Origin: Octopus sinensis
Taxonomy: Eukaryota
Assembly: GCF_006345805.1 (NCBI RefSeq)
Contig: NC_042998.1
Location: forward strand, 31,682,001 to 31,746,000
Length of the DNA: 64,000 bases
Reading direction: 5' to 3'
Positions within the stretch are counted from its first letter, which is position 1; each line of letters opens with the position of its first letter. The position numbers and the translations under genes were made by a program. Shown here piece by piece: positions 12,993 to 26,495 of the stretch. Under the pieces are notes generated by a model. It was not told the origin of the DNA. It searched no databases and saw only the letters and a program-made list of their open reading frames with translations.

Positions 12993-13355
12993 GGTGTTCA
13001 AAAAGTCTCTCCGCAGTGAATTTTTTTCCTGCGTATGTGCGACTTGGATATCACTGCGCGTGTGGCCGGATGTCACCACTGTCTCTCAGTCATTGTGTAC
13101 CCTGCAGCGTGACGACATGCTAACATTGAAGAACGTACGTTTTTAGTTGAAACGGTGTTTCGAGCTGAACAGAAGTTCAGTGAAACTTTTCCAAATGCTG
13201 TTGTTCCACATCGTGACACTGCGTGGGATTTGATAAGAAAATATAGAAACACAGGCTCTGTGGAAGACACAGCAAGAAGCAGTAGGCCTACTGTTCTTTC
13301 AGACAAAACACTTTCCAATATTTCTGATAAACTGTAGGCAAGCCCGTCAAAGACC
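12990..13355 (+). mobile_element. Tc1/mariner-superfamily transposon 5' fragment (TIR plus N-terminal HTH, frameshifted)
   Basis: TIR-like CAGGGTGTTCAAAAAGTCTCTCCGCAGT after (TA)n. ATG at 13117, then MLT-LEERTFLVETVFR..QKFSETFPNAVVPHRDTAWDLIRKYRNTGSVEDTARSSRP (DUF4817-type HTH). Confidence 0.85.
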
Positions 13356-13361
13356 TTACTC

Positions 13362-13520
13362 TCCTTTACGTTCTGATTTCAAATTCCGCCGAGGTCGATT
13401 TTGTCTTTCATCCTTTCGGGGTCGATAAATTAAGTACCAGTTGCGTACTGGGGTACATCTAATGGACAGGTCCCATCCCCCACCAATATTTCGGGCCTTG
13501 TGTTTAAAGTAGAAAAGAAT
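13362..13520 (+). mobile_element. SINE family A, 5'-truncated
   Basis: CORE-like body. Begins where the mariner fragment ends. Confidence 0.8.
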
Positions 13521-14227
13521 ATAATTTATTTGTGTTAGTGTGTGTGTAGAAATGCATACGTTCAGGCTTGTCCTTGTAGACAAAAATATAATATTTGGGA
13601 GAACCGTGAATGGAAAATAAGTTATCAGATGTTGTTAGTGAGGAGTTATTTATTCATTCAGAATAGAACTCGACAAGAATGGTCAATTACTCGTCTACCT
13701 ACTTTCTAACCTGAAAGAATGCTAGATATTTTGACTTCCACTGTAATAAACAATTATGTTTCCATATTTCTTATTGATAATTCCATATTTCTGCTGAGAT
13801 TATTTTCATATACAAAAGGAAAAAGAAAACATCAAAATTCCATATTTCCTGTTAATTTGATATTCATATAACCGCAAAGAATTAGAATATGCAAGACAAA
13901 ATACATTTGAAAACAGAAAGAAAATAATACAATTTTGGTTATGTGATAATCTATGATCTAGCTCTCGACAAATATAATTACTTGCAAAATGAAAATTACG
14001 TATTTCTGAAGGAATATCAAAGATTTTCTTTCTAGTCTACATAGAGATATGAAGATTTTATTACATCGAACATGACAGACAACTTGCACAAATATTAGAA
14101 GTACATAAACTTGATAATGAAATTTATTAGTTCAAAATATCTCCACACACACACATACACACACACACACATATATATATATATACACATATATATATAC
14201 TTTATAAAAATCAGCAAAAATATCACA

Positions 14228-14273
14228 AAAACTGTTACTCAGAGTTTCACGTTCCCGTTCGTCGGACAGTTTT
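14228..14273 (-). ncRNA. Minimal type-I hammerhead ribozyme fold, U4C core variant (family H1)
   Basis: AAAACUGU CCGACGA ACG-GGAA-CGU GAA A-CUC-U-GAG-U A ACAGUUUU: 8-bp stem I, GNRA-capped stem II, palindromic stem III, GUA triplet. Confidence 0.75.
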
Positions 14274-14840
14274 CTTTAGAATATATATATAAACTTAGGT
14301 AAACTTAGATATGTTTCGACCAAAGATTGGTCCAGGCTATGTCTAACTTAATAGCACCACTTGATAGGATTATCTAAATCCTGTTTAAATCAAAGTTTGC
14401 TTATGGTCCATTCAAGTGGTGAGTTCTTGTTAATTGAGTTGTATCCAGTATAGGTGGCTTATCCCGTATTCCTTGAAGAAATCCGAGAGATAAATATTAT
14501 TTACTTAAAGGACGCAATACATATATTAAAGCGCTATTAATAGTTTCATATGTTGACAAAACTCAGACATATTCTTCAGGCGTAAACCACATAACATAAC
14601 GAACTAAAAAATTGAATAATAGAAGAAACTAAAGCAGCAACTTATGGAAAATGCAGAATGTTAACAACGGAAAAGGAAAAACGGATAACGAAATTACAAA
14701 AACTAAAATGTCAAAAATAAAAAGTAAAAAGGTAAAAGAGCTACCCTGCTTAGACCTTAAATGATAAAGTTGGGAAGGTATAAAGTCAGTCAGGAATAGG
14801 CGGAATTTTCCATTTCTTCAAAATATATTTATATAAATGC

Positions 14841-15090
14841 ATGGAAGCACTTGCCCAACGTTGTATGACTAAATCTCTCATATATGAGGCAGAAGTTACT
14901 ACAACCTTAAATAATAATAATACAACTGATAAGAAGACCTATATTGGATTATATGAAGATGAATTTAAAAATCGCTATGCCAATCACATAACCTCCTTCC
15001 GACATAGGGACAAAAGTAATTAAGTTGGCTAACTACGTATGGACTTAGTCAACTTATGGACTTTGCAAGATAACGAAACACCGTATGTAA
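14841..15090 (+). pseudogene. Penelope-like element GIY-YIG endonuclease relic
   Basis: CMTKSLIYEAEV...KKTYIGLYEDEFKNRYANHITSFRH, then LANYVW after a stop/frameshift. This is the LIY/YIG..F..R..NH..SF pattern of PLE endonucleases. Confidence 0.8.
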
Positions 15091-17022
15091 TTAAGTCGTT
15101 CTCAGTGTACAATCTAACACTTATCTATATCGACTGTGTTGGGTTGGAAATAAATGTTGGCAATTGGTGTTTGATAGCCTCAGAACTCAGAGTAAAGAAA
15201 ACAAAACATATTTTGGTCGACTTTGCGTTCACTTCAACGAGGCACAAAGCTAAGTATTACATGCTATCTATCCCGCTAGTATATTTCTACGTTGAATATG
15301 TCGGTCGACAGATTGACGCTGAAACGTTTACAAAAAACAGAGATTGATTCAACTCATAAAAATATAAGGTCATTTTCCATTTAATATTTTAAAATTATTT
15401 GTGAAAACAATAAGATGCAAATAATGAAATCTTCGATAGTACATATTAAGATATAAGTTTCTTAGATCGCTCTAGTTTATATTAAAAGGGGCCCATATAT
15501 CCAGATTATAAGGAGCCATATCTAGGGATCACAAAGACAAAAAGACAAAAAATGTTAGATATTTTTCTACCTTAGTTATCGGCACGATATCTAACTTTAA
15601 GCATTTTTGGTTTTAGATTTGTATTTATATTCTGTATCATACAGAAGATGGCTACTTTGAATCATCCATAATCGATCGGAATTTTGATAAAAGAACAGTT
15701 ACTTCTATGTAAATGCATATAGCATTATTAAATATATCTTTTACAAATATGTGCATTCGGTTAAGTAAATGCAAGATCAACAATACGTGAACACATACAC
15801 ACGCACACACTAACATACAGCATTTACAAGCTCTGTATTCCATCCAAAAAGCATGCACTAACTTACATGATACAAATACAAATACATATATGTGTGTGGG
15901 AGCATGTATGTGTGACTGTTTGTTTCTAAATTATGTGTATATCTATATTGTGCATATTTAGTCGTATATAAATAAATCATTTCCATTTAGTTTTTTTTTG
16001 CAACGAGCTATCTTATAAAACTTTTCCAAAGGACATTTATAAGATCATGGGTGAGTAGGTTTGACTTAGCGAAATAATCTTGTTAGTTGAATTAAGCATA
16101 TCAATAAAATAAATCCATTTCAACATACGTCGATGTAATATATTATTCGATCTTCGTTCTGACAAATGACGAAATGCAATGCTTTTCATGTCACACAATA
16201 CCCATTATATGCTTTCATCTACAAATGTGCATGACCTCTTGAAATTTGAGAATGTTTGTGAAGAGAAATAATTACATATCTGCTGCAGTTCTTAATCTAG
16301 ATCTGTCTGTTCAGATGTACACACTCCACCACCACCACCATCATCACCACCACAACCACCACCACCACCACCACCACCACCACCACCAAAGAAACACAGA
16401 AAAATATACATCATATACAGACATTACACATCCACACACTCACATACATATGTGTATCTCTGTTTTTTGATGTTTGTAATTCTTCCAATGAAGCTAAGAC
16501 TGAAATTTAAGTAAGAAACAAAGCAGAGCCACTTGAAATTCAATTCGATATCAAGAACAGTAAAAAGATACAGATCTATTTTATATAACAAAGTATTCTT
16601 TCCTTGTTCGTTCCACTTATACTTCCATTTGCAAACTAGGAGTGATGTTAAAGTTTTGCCTGAAAATTACAACAGTTTAAAATTGTAACCTAAATAACAT
16701 GCACTACTATACCTACGGGTAGAAATGTGATTAAATAAGATGGTGGACAAAAAAAATGCAGATTTCGAAGTTTTCCATTGAAGCATTTGTCTTTATTCAA
16801 GCAGAAGAAAATGTCCACTTCAAGTGAGCAGCTGTATTATTACAACAGTGCATATATCAGTTTTGGTTTTTATCTGAAGCAACTATTTATAGAAAGTTGG
16901 TATTATTTTAGATTAGCCCAAGGTTCGTCCTACTCAGATAGATATTTCATCAAAGGCTTCAACTGCGATGCCCCAATCGAATGGGCAGATGCATAAATAT
17001 TCCTTTTCATCTCTATCGTAAC

Positions 17023-17098
<76 letters not shown>

Positions 17099-17276
17099 GT
17101 TTCTCTCTCTCTCATTGCATGTAAGTATCTTATATCTGTCTGTCACGTACTTCAATTTATCTTAGTATAATCATATCGGGAATTGCGTTGATAATTTCAC
17201 TGCATCGAAAATTCTTTTTCAGAATATCATTCTTTTACACACCTTTTATCTTAAATGTGCCCATCACTTTCCTCTC

Positions 17277-17314
<38 letters not shown>

Positions 17315-17472
17315 CCATCTTATTATTTCCCCCAGTGTCTATCTGTTTGCTATTTCAGCAGGCTTTAGCTTACATTTGTGGGGACGTGTTGATATGAATC
17401 TGTGTGTATATGTTTGGGACGATTTGTATGTGTATTAGAAGACAATTGTTCACATATCTACAGTAAAGGAAC

Positions 17473-17577
<105 letters not shown>

Positions 17578-18773
17578 TCAATTATAAATATATAAGCATG
17601 ATTGTAGACAAAGTGGGAGACAGGATAACATATTGGGAAAATATCTTTCTATACATATGTTAGAAACAGGTAAATTATAAGAAAAGCAATTGCTGAAGCC
17701 AAAATGGATTAACTATTAATATGTATATATAAATGGACATACATATATATAAAAATACGTGCATTCGTGCACGAGTGTTAAGCGACAGTAGTCGCCCATT
17801 CTCGCCAGTATTGGAATGAGAAGTTTGTTAATAGAAGCAGAAACATTACTAAGGCTTCCGCACAATTCATCTCTCAGTTTAACATGTATTAATCTAACGT
17901 ATGAAATGTGAAACTGCAAAGTGCAGTCGTCCATCTTGAGTGTAGTTCTCACAACAAAAACTAAAAATGTAAATGATACTAATGCGTGCCTCATTCGGAG
18001 AGAACGGTAGAAATGTTGGAATATAAACGATGCAAATTAGGTCTGTGTTACAACGACAAAAGTCCTGAATGCAATGCTGGAAGTGGACCCAGGAACAAAC
18101 CCCTTTACTGGATAAAAGGAGGTTTACAAGAAACGAACAGATATTAAGTTACCACAAAAAAAATTAAGAAAAATGTCGATTGGATAAAAGAAAACACCAA
18201 TTAGTAAGCTTCACCCTTTTTCCACGTCACTCTGTACAAAAACAAAGTATTTCAGAATTTTGCAGTCCACTCTACAGACAAATTCTAAACCTAAGGTTGT
18301 AGCATACGTAGTGAAGTGCGCATACGTCGGAATTATCCCAATAATCTATATAGGACTATGGGAAGTGCAGCCGGAAGCAGGGATGACAAGGTTCGGTAAG
18401 TAGTTTTGAGAATACAATGAAAAGATACGAGCTTCTCATATCTATCAATAGAGTCTGAATAAAAATATGATGTTTGTCCATGCACGTGTCCTATCGAACG
18501 TATCAACAAGTTAACAAAGACGATATCTATCGGCACAGATTTCCAAATGTCAATAGTAGTAAAAGCTGGAAGGAATTAGTATCATATGACTAATATATTG
18601 ATAAAAAATGTTGTATGATATATTATACCAGCATTGTGTGTAACTCTTTTTACTAATAATACAATGAAGCATAAAAGCAAAAAAAACACAAAAAAAAAAC
18701 AAAAACAAACAGACGATATAAAATAAACTAATTGTATATATATATGCATAGGTGTATATATATATATATATAT

Positions 18774-18819
<46 letters not shown>

Positions 18820-18834
18820 CATGCATATATATAT

Positions 18835-18867
<33 letters not shown>

Positions 18868-18870
18868 TTA

Positions 18871-19223
18871 AGAGCACTCCTTCGGTTACGACGACGAGGG
18901 TTCCGGTTGATCCGATCAACGGAACAGCCTGCTCGTGAAATTAACCTGTAAGTGGCTGAGTACTCCACAGACACGTGTACCCTTACCGTAGTTCTCGGGG
19001 ATATTCAGCGTGACACAGAGAGTGACAAGGCCGGCCCTTTGAAATACAGGTACAACAGAAACAGGAACTAAGAGTGGGACAAAGTTGTGGTGAAAGAGTA
19101 CAGCAGGGATCACCACCATCCCCTACAGAGCCTCGTGGAGCTTTAGGTGTTTTCACTCAATAAACACTCACAACGCCCGGTCTGGGAATCGAAACCGCGA
19201 TCCTACGACCGCGAGTCCGCCTC

Positions 19224-19226
<3 letters not shown>
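18871..19226 (-). mobile_element. tRNA(Arg)-like-headed SINE family C
   Basis: Minus strand GGAGGCG..GACTCGCGGTCGTAGGATCGCGGTTTCGATTCCCAGACCGGGCG. Homologous to 26961, 35349 and 54156. Confidence 0.85.
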
Positions 19227-19265
<39 letters not shown>

Positions 19266-19290
19266 ATATGCAATATATATATATATTATA

Positions 19291-19327
<37 letters not shown>

Positions 19328-19938
19328 TGTTTTCGATCTAGTTTGAATTCTTTGTCATCTAATATTAATTCTTTGCAATGAAATTTGAATTTTTCAATTG
19401 GTGCTCAAGCCTTGAAAAAAAAAATGAAAAAAAAAAGAGTTAAACTACATCAGCCATAAGGGAATACATGTCTATCTTATCTAACTCGTCCAGTAGAGCC
19501 CACCAATAGATATCTGAAAAGTTCGATGAAATAACTCATGATCACTGCAAGAGCTTCTACCAAAAGATGCTCCGTTACGTCAAGACGGAGAATGAACATA
19601 CTACCATCATGTTCTTAATGATGAAATTAACCTCTCTGTCTATATATATACCCTCTTTGTAATATTGGCATATGAAATAAGGATAAGAATGTGCTTGGCC
19701 GTTTAATTGGAAAATTCTATATGTGGCTGAAGATTGCTCGACATTTTAAAACTGATGTAATACTTACAGTGTTTAATAAAATGAAGTAGCATGAAACAAT
19801 TGTACTACTCTACCTTGGATATCCTTGTTGCATAGTTTTATTATAATCACCCCATTTGATTTATATGGATAATACCTTACAAAATTCTGGTGCCTTTAAC
19901 TTAAGTACCATATTCATCTGAATCTAAATTTTACTGAA

Positions 19939-19996
<58 letters not shown>

Positions 19997-20405
19997 TATT
20001 ATATATATATACATAAATATGCACATTTCTCATCATCAAAAATCATTCCGTTGTGCAAGTTATTGCATTAATAAAAGAACATATTTAAGGTACATTTGAA
20101 ATTCTAAATGTTTAGAAGTTGTATATGAATAGGACGATGGATTCGTTTCATATGCATAGCGATCATTGATCGCTGCATATAAATTGACTTAGATCCGATT
20201 CAATGGAAGATACTTGTTCTTTCTTTCATGCACGTATGCATAGCATAACCGTCATTGTAGATATAACAAACACATATATATGTCATACAAACGCATACTC
20301 GCATATGCATATCTATGTATGCCTATACATATAGACTTGTGTATATGGAAAACAACCATATTTCAACATTTACAATTACATACGCAAACACACGCAAATA
20401 TATTG

Positions 20406-20474
<69 letters not shown>

Positions 20475-21479
20475 TATATACATACAAATTTCTAACGAAC
20501 CCTAGAATCCCAAAGCTATAAATATAAATTACATTTTTTCGTATGGCATTAACTTAGTAATTCGTCGTTAATTCCACGTATTGTCTCTCCAAAGAAATAA
20601 ATGTTTGGACCATTAAATATAGATAAATGAAACGTTTCTGCATGGCATGGAACAGCGCATCATTGCTTTACTCTTTAATCTGTCGGCAACCTTCCCATAG
20701 TTTCAGTTTGCTTCTGTAATAATAATGGATATTGTAAAATTGATTCTTTACAAGATCTGAAATATTTTGTGGAGCCATGACAAAATATTGCATATAATTC
20801 ATGTCATTTGAAGTATATTAAAAATCTAACTGCAATGAAAAAAGCTAATCATGGTAGTTGTTAAAACTAAGGAATGGTATTGCTTTTAAGATTTATTTTC
20901 GTGTCACAGGTCATGAAATTTTGTCGCATTGGTTTGATTGGATGTTACTTCTTTGAGACATGTGGTACGTTTGTAAGGTGCAGACATGTTCCATTTCAGA
21001 TGCCGGTGATTTATGGTCAGTTACCTAAGCGCATCATATTGGGTAATTATACACTATTATAATGTATGGGAAGAATTTGGTAAGCAGAGACTGTGCAGAA
21101 ACCTATTAAGCATACATGCATATACGTGTGTGTCCGTGTGTCTGTGTGTGTCCATGCCAGTGATTGGGCTTCCATTAACCAAAACAAAAGCAGTGTTATG
21201 TTGCATCCTCACGTATATAGTAATCTGTTAAATATCAGAGTACAATATTTTCGACTTCTTTTTGTCAATGGACTCTAACCGTCATAACGTTAAGCGAATG
21301 ACTGAAAGAATATACTATTAGACAAATATGTACCAGTGGACGAGTCGAGCAAATTTTATCAACGTAACCTGAAAAAAGATTGAACTTAGAACATAATGTA
21401 ATACTTACCTACCAATTCAAATAGAATTACCAATTCAAACAGTATCATAGCTTTGATATTTTAAATAAATAAAAGGTGG

Positions 21480-21645
21480 TAGGCGTAGGAGTGTCTGTGT
21501 GGTAAGTAGTTTGCTTACCAACCACATGGTTCTGGATTCAGTCCCACTTGGGCAAATGTCTTCTACTATAGCCTCGGGCCGACCATAGCCTTGTGAGTCG
21601 ATTTGGTAGACGGAAACTAAGAGAAGCCCGTCGTATATATGTATA

Positions 21646-21684
<39 letters not shown>

Positions 21685-21905
21685 GTATGTGTGTATGTAT
21701 ATGTTTGTGTGTCTGTGTTTGTCCCACCAACATCGTTTGACAACCGATACTGAGTGTGTTTACGTCCCCGTAACTTAGCGGTTCGGCAAAAAGAGACCGA
21801 TAGAATAAGTACTAGGCTTACAAAGAATAAGTCCTGGGGTCGATTTGCTCGACTAAAGGCGGTGCTCCAGCATGGCCACAGTCAAATGACTGAAACAATT
21901 AAAAA
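21480..21905 (+). mobile_element. SINE family B, near full length
   Basis: Head GGCGTAGGAGTG..TGTGTGGTAAGTAG, internal microsatellite, tail GGCGGTGCTCCAGCATGGCCACAGTCAAATGACTGAAACA. Confidence 0.88.
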
Positions 21906-23043
21906 AAAGAAAAAAGAAAGAGAGGTGGTGATTAGAGAGATTGGGTCCCCTACGAAAATGAAGGATTAAAATACTGAAGTCCTCAAAACGCCCCCTGATT
22001 TTGAATTACAGAATGGTTGTTCCCGAAATTTACTCTCAGATATTGAAGAATGTGACCAAATGTCAATTGAATTCAGCTATAATCAAGAGCAGATAACGTT
22101 ATGTTCACAAAAGTGTACTGAAATTTATGTATTGTATTTCGTACTGAAGTATATTAGGATTGAGGTGAATGAAGGGTGCAATTTTGTATCTTAGGATATT
22201 AAATTATTTTACGATTTATTGTCGTTTCCTCTAAATGAATAATGATTATTCTGAATATCATAGCTTTCTTAATCATTGAATAAAGTTTGAAAGAGATTTT
22301 TCTTGTTTAAGATTATAGCACATTATATTTATAGTGAAAGGAAGTCCACAATTATGAAGTGTCAGTAAACAATAATTGAAGCAGTTCTCCTCCTCTATCG
22401 GTACGTGGGTCACGTTGAAAATCTATTAAAGAACTTGAAAGCATTACAACTAGTACTTCTGTTACTTTCAGCGGGAAACTGTGTCGTCTTCGATTTATGT
22501 TTATTTTTCGCTAGACAGATACTGTATAAGTCCCTTCATAATGGACACAGAACCACAATTATGCCGGTGTGTTACAGCGTTTAGTTAGCAAGCTATTATG
22601 TTTTTCCATCTGACTGATCTTTCTAATAACCATTTAGATAATTAAAAGTCTAGTGTTTTATCTCTGAAACCCAGCGTAGAGATATTAGTTTAATAGGTAT
22701 GACAAATAAATTGTTTTAATTAGAATTAGTTGATAATACAATGAAATAACTCGCAGACTTCGTCTTAGGGTGTATTAATTACGAAAACTAAATATTTATT
22801 CATTAACATCACGTCAAATATGTTAACATTTACTCAATAAGATTTTACTCTTACTCTGGTAGACAGAAGTGGATAGCAGCCAAAAAGAAAGTTGCAATAC
22901 TTAATTATGACTTTTCAATCATGTGAACAAATCACGCAGGATAGAGTTTTAAATTTTATTCGTTCAAGGTGATGAAAAAAGGACCTTTGACTGGCCCTTT
23001 GTTAATCAGCACAACCGAAGCACCTATTCTGAGAATGTTTCTA

Positions 23044-23131
23044 TTATCAGACGGGAAGTCATGATGGGTATACTGGGCTTCGTATATTTTACCCCAGTGT
23101 CACTTTGATGGCATGCACTGCTCTCACTCAG

Positions 23132-23193
<62 letters not shown>
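23044..23193 (+). mobile_element. 3' fragment of (TAA)n-tailed retroposon T plus its tail
   Basis: Nearly identical to the 3' end of 23194-23710 and 59499-60043, followed by about 20 TAA units. Confidence 0.85.
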
Positions 23194-23194
<1 letters not shown>

Positions 23195-23709
23195 GATCTT
23201 AACTGATTGGAAGTGTTATCATGTACATTGTTTTGTCTTGGTATAAAAGATGGGCTACAGCAAATATTCTGCTCAATACAACAGATTTGCTTGTCAGTTG
23301 TTTGACCTTAACCAGTTGAGCATGTCCCTTAGTGGCTGACGATATGTGCATCTCTGATCACGAGCAGAAGTAGTGGGGGAGCATCATAGCCATGTGTTGA
23401 GAGGGATTCTTTGGGGTTTGAATAATTCACCTCTGGAAACATGGGTGGTTCTTTCAACATCCTTAAACAACCCTTATTCAGGGACCTTTTGAGCGGGATG
23501 CGCTACTCAACCTGAAGAAAATTCTTACTGGGCCCCACCTGCAAGGTCATGTGCTGTTTATCTTGATATGAGATCACCATGTCGCGCACATATGGTTGTG
23601 ATGCATGTGCCTGGTGTACCTTTATCGGACGGGTAGTCATGATGGGTATATTGGACTTCGTATATTTTACCCCAGTGTCACTTTGATGGCATGAACTGCT
23701 CTCTCACTC

Positions 23710-23755
<46 letters not shown>

Positions 23756-23793
23756 GTAGTAATAATAATAATAATAATAATAATGATGATAAT
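23194..23793 (+). mobile_element. (TAA)n-tailed retroposon T, slightly 5'-truncated
   Basis: About 515-bp body homologous to 26095-26470 and 59499-60043. Ends CTCTCACTC(AAT)n and is preceded by (TAA)n. Confidence 0.88.
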
Positions 23794-23794
23794 A

Positions 23795-23948
23795 AGGCAA
23801 GTGGATATCTCATGCAAGATTGATGTCTTGCAAAAAAGCAGCCTTATTGGGCACAGAGCACATCTGAGGTCCTTCATGCGACTTGATAGATGGCTAAAGA
23901 CTCCGGTGAATTTTTACCTACACAGCGTTACGGAGGAATAATAATAAC

Positions 23949-24030
<82 letters not shown>
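23795..24030 (+). mobile_element. R4/Dong-clade non-LTR retrotransposon 3' end with (TAA)n tail
   Basis: Frameshifted VDISCKIDVLQKAALLGT.HILR (typical clade C-terminus), short UTR, then (TAA)n from 23937. Confidence 0.7.
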
Positions 24031-24266
24031 GGATGATGATGATACTGATAAAGATATGTGTGTGTGAGTGTATATATGTGTGTGAGCCTGTATGTATGTG
24101 TAGGTGCAAGTGTGTATAGATATTTGTGAATATGAACTATTCGCAGATGTAAATACAGATCTTTCTTCAAGTACGTTCATAGTCCAAAGCTCCTCAATGT
24201 GAAATTGTTTAGATAATTAATAATTTGTAGCATACAAATAATCTGTATTATTTTATCATATCTCTT

Positions 24267-24580
24267 GGTTGTTCAAAAAGTCTTTCCGCAATAAAATCTT
24301 TGAAGACACCATCAACACTGAGAGACATTGCTCAAATATTGTCTATCGATTTGTAGGCCAACTCACTGAAATTGAAATTAATAATGCACACTTTCAGCAA
24401 GATGGAGTTACAACATATACTTCGCGCATCACCGTGGCGCTACCTCAAGAGTTTTTCGGTGAACGGATTATTTCGAAGGGACTTTGGCCACCAAAAACAC
24501 CTGATTTAACACCGCCAGACTTTTTTTTCTGGGGAGCAAGTAAAGGATCAATGTACAAGAATCGCCCGAAAACCATTATT
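24267..24580 (+). mobile_element. Internally deleted Tc1/mariner derivative (TIR fused to catalytic-domain fragment)
   Basis: TIR-like GGTTGTTCAAAAAGTCTTTCCGCAAT similar to 12990, then IFEDTINTERH...HFQQDG..YTS...WPPKTPDLTPPDFFFWG. Confidence 0.85.
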
Positions 24581-25055
24581 GATGCAGATGTTATATTTTC
24601 ACATGATCTTGTTAATTATGTGATGTAATAATTTATGGTATATGCTACCTACAATATTCATTACAATATACGATACAAATATATATTAAAATCCGTTTTT
24701 TTTATGAGACACTGCTTTAATATTTTTTTTCTTTTCTTTTGGTGTCATTTTCTTTGTTTGGTGTAATATATTTCAAAGTAGAATATTTATAACAAAATTA
24801 CGGCAATAATTTGAATTAAAATAAAAAGACTTTTTCATGAACGATTCTTTTTAATTTCCGTTTTGTGCTGTACTGTACTTGGGTTGTACTTAAACGGTTC
24901 CAGTAGTTTTTCTTTTTCTTTTCTGTGATCAGTGTTTACCATGCTTTCAAGTAACTCTTTCCATTTCTGGACAAATGAAGTCTGTGAGCAATCATGACGA
25001 CCGTTTTTGCAACATATCGTAGCAAATTCAAAGAGAGATAGAGAGTGAGTGAGGT

Positions 25056-25101
<46 letters not shown>

Positions 25102-25919
25102 CCAGACAGAGACAAACAGACAGACAAAGAAATAGACAAAGAGAAAAGGGGAAGAAATTGAAGCAACTGAAAGACAAGAAGAGAAATACAGAGAAAGAGG
25201 AAAGAAGAAAATCGCTCTCGCTTAATAATAAATAAAATGCTGGTAGGCAAACAACCAAAAATCTGTTTCTATAATTTAATGAAAAGACGGAAAACATTCA
25301 ATATGAATAAAATAATAAAATACTAACCATAACCTAAGGAGGCTTGTGTAGCTCGACGGATGTTTAAGTTGGTCTTATTCCTTTTGTATCATACCAAAAA
25401 ATCTAAAGATGTAAATGAAAGAAAAGAATTTATTATAAAAATCTTTAAATTTGAAATGAGTTTAAATGTTTGTTTACTTTAATGACACGGGCTGTCATCA
25501 TTTCTGATGCAGAGCAATCGAAATTATTAATAAAATTAGAATATTAACAAGAAGTATAACCATTTAAGCGATATAAAAATTATAATTTTGCTATAAAATT
25601 CACATACGTCCTTCGTTTCGTACGTAATATACTAATATAGTTTACAATCAATCTAATCAGACTTATTAGTTGGTATTTGAAAATTTAATAACTTGGTCTC
25701 CTAATTGGGTTTCATTTATTTATTTCCATTTTCGTATTTATAAACAGAAACTCAAGAGCAACTGCCCACGCAGCCGCAAACTTCTTCCTATTCAGGTGTG
25801 TGGCACTTCTTGCAATATTTCTGAATAAAATTACTTATAGGAATATTTCATTACTCTATCTCTCTCGTCACATATATAAATAATCATTTCTACCATAGGC
25901 AGAAGGCTTGATTTTTTTT

Positions 25920-26085
25920 TAGGGGAGGGGACTAGTCGATTGCATCGACTCGAGTGTTTCATTGGTACTTAATTTATCGACTCCCAAAGGATGAACGGCC
26001 AAATCGAACTCAGAACGTAGCGACAAACGAAATACCACTAAGCGTTTTGTTCGGTGAGCTAACGATTCTGCTAGCACACCGCCGC
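25920..26085 (-). mobile_element. SINE family A
   Basis: Reverse-complement homology to 1128-1350. Confidence 0.75.
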
Positions 26086-26094
26086 TGCCCTGAT

Positions 26095-26470
26095 GCAGTA
26101 TAAGGCATTGGGTTTCATGGCTTCTCACCTCAACTGATTGGAAGTGTTATCATCTACATTGTTTTGTCTTGGTATAAAAGATGGGCTGCAGCAAATATTC
26201 TGCTCAATACCACAGATTCGCTAGTCATTTATTTGACCTTAACCAGTTGAGCATGCCCCTTAATGGCTGCCGATATTTGATCACGAGCAGGAGTAGTAGG
26301 GGAACATCATAGCCATGTGCTGAGAGGGATTCTTTGGGGTTGGATTAATTCACTTCTGGAAACATGGGTGCTTTATTCAACATCCTTAAACAACCCTTAT
26401 TGAAGGACCCTTTGAGCGGAGTGGGCTACTCGACCCGAAGAAATTCTAACCGGGGCCCCACCTGCAAGGT
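26095..26470 (+). mobile_element. Retroposon T, 5' portion, ending in a fold-back junction
   Basis: Homologous to 59499-59880 up to CCTGCAAGGT, then switches to the reverse complement. Confidence 0.8.
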
Positions 26471-26495
26471 GGGGGTCCAGTTAGAATTTTCCCAA

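Noticed and set aside
14305-14346. Additional hammerhead-like fold on minus (TTAGA..GACCAA-TCT-TTGGTC GAAA CATA TCTAA)
   Set aside because: Stems and GAAA are present, but the core reads CATAGCCTG, too far from CUGANGA to call.
16246-16470. Poly-histidine ORF
   Set aside because: A (CAC)n microsatellite at 16327-16388 with no coding context or convincing splice sites.
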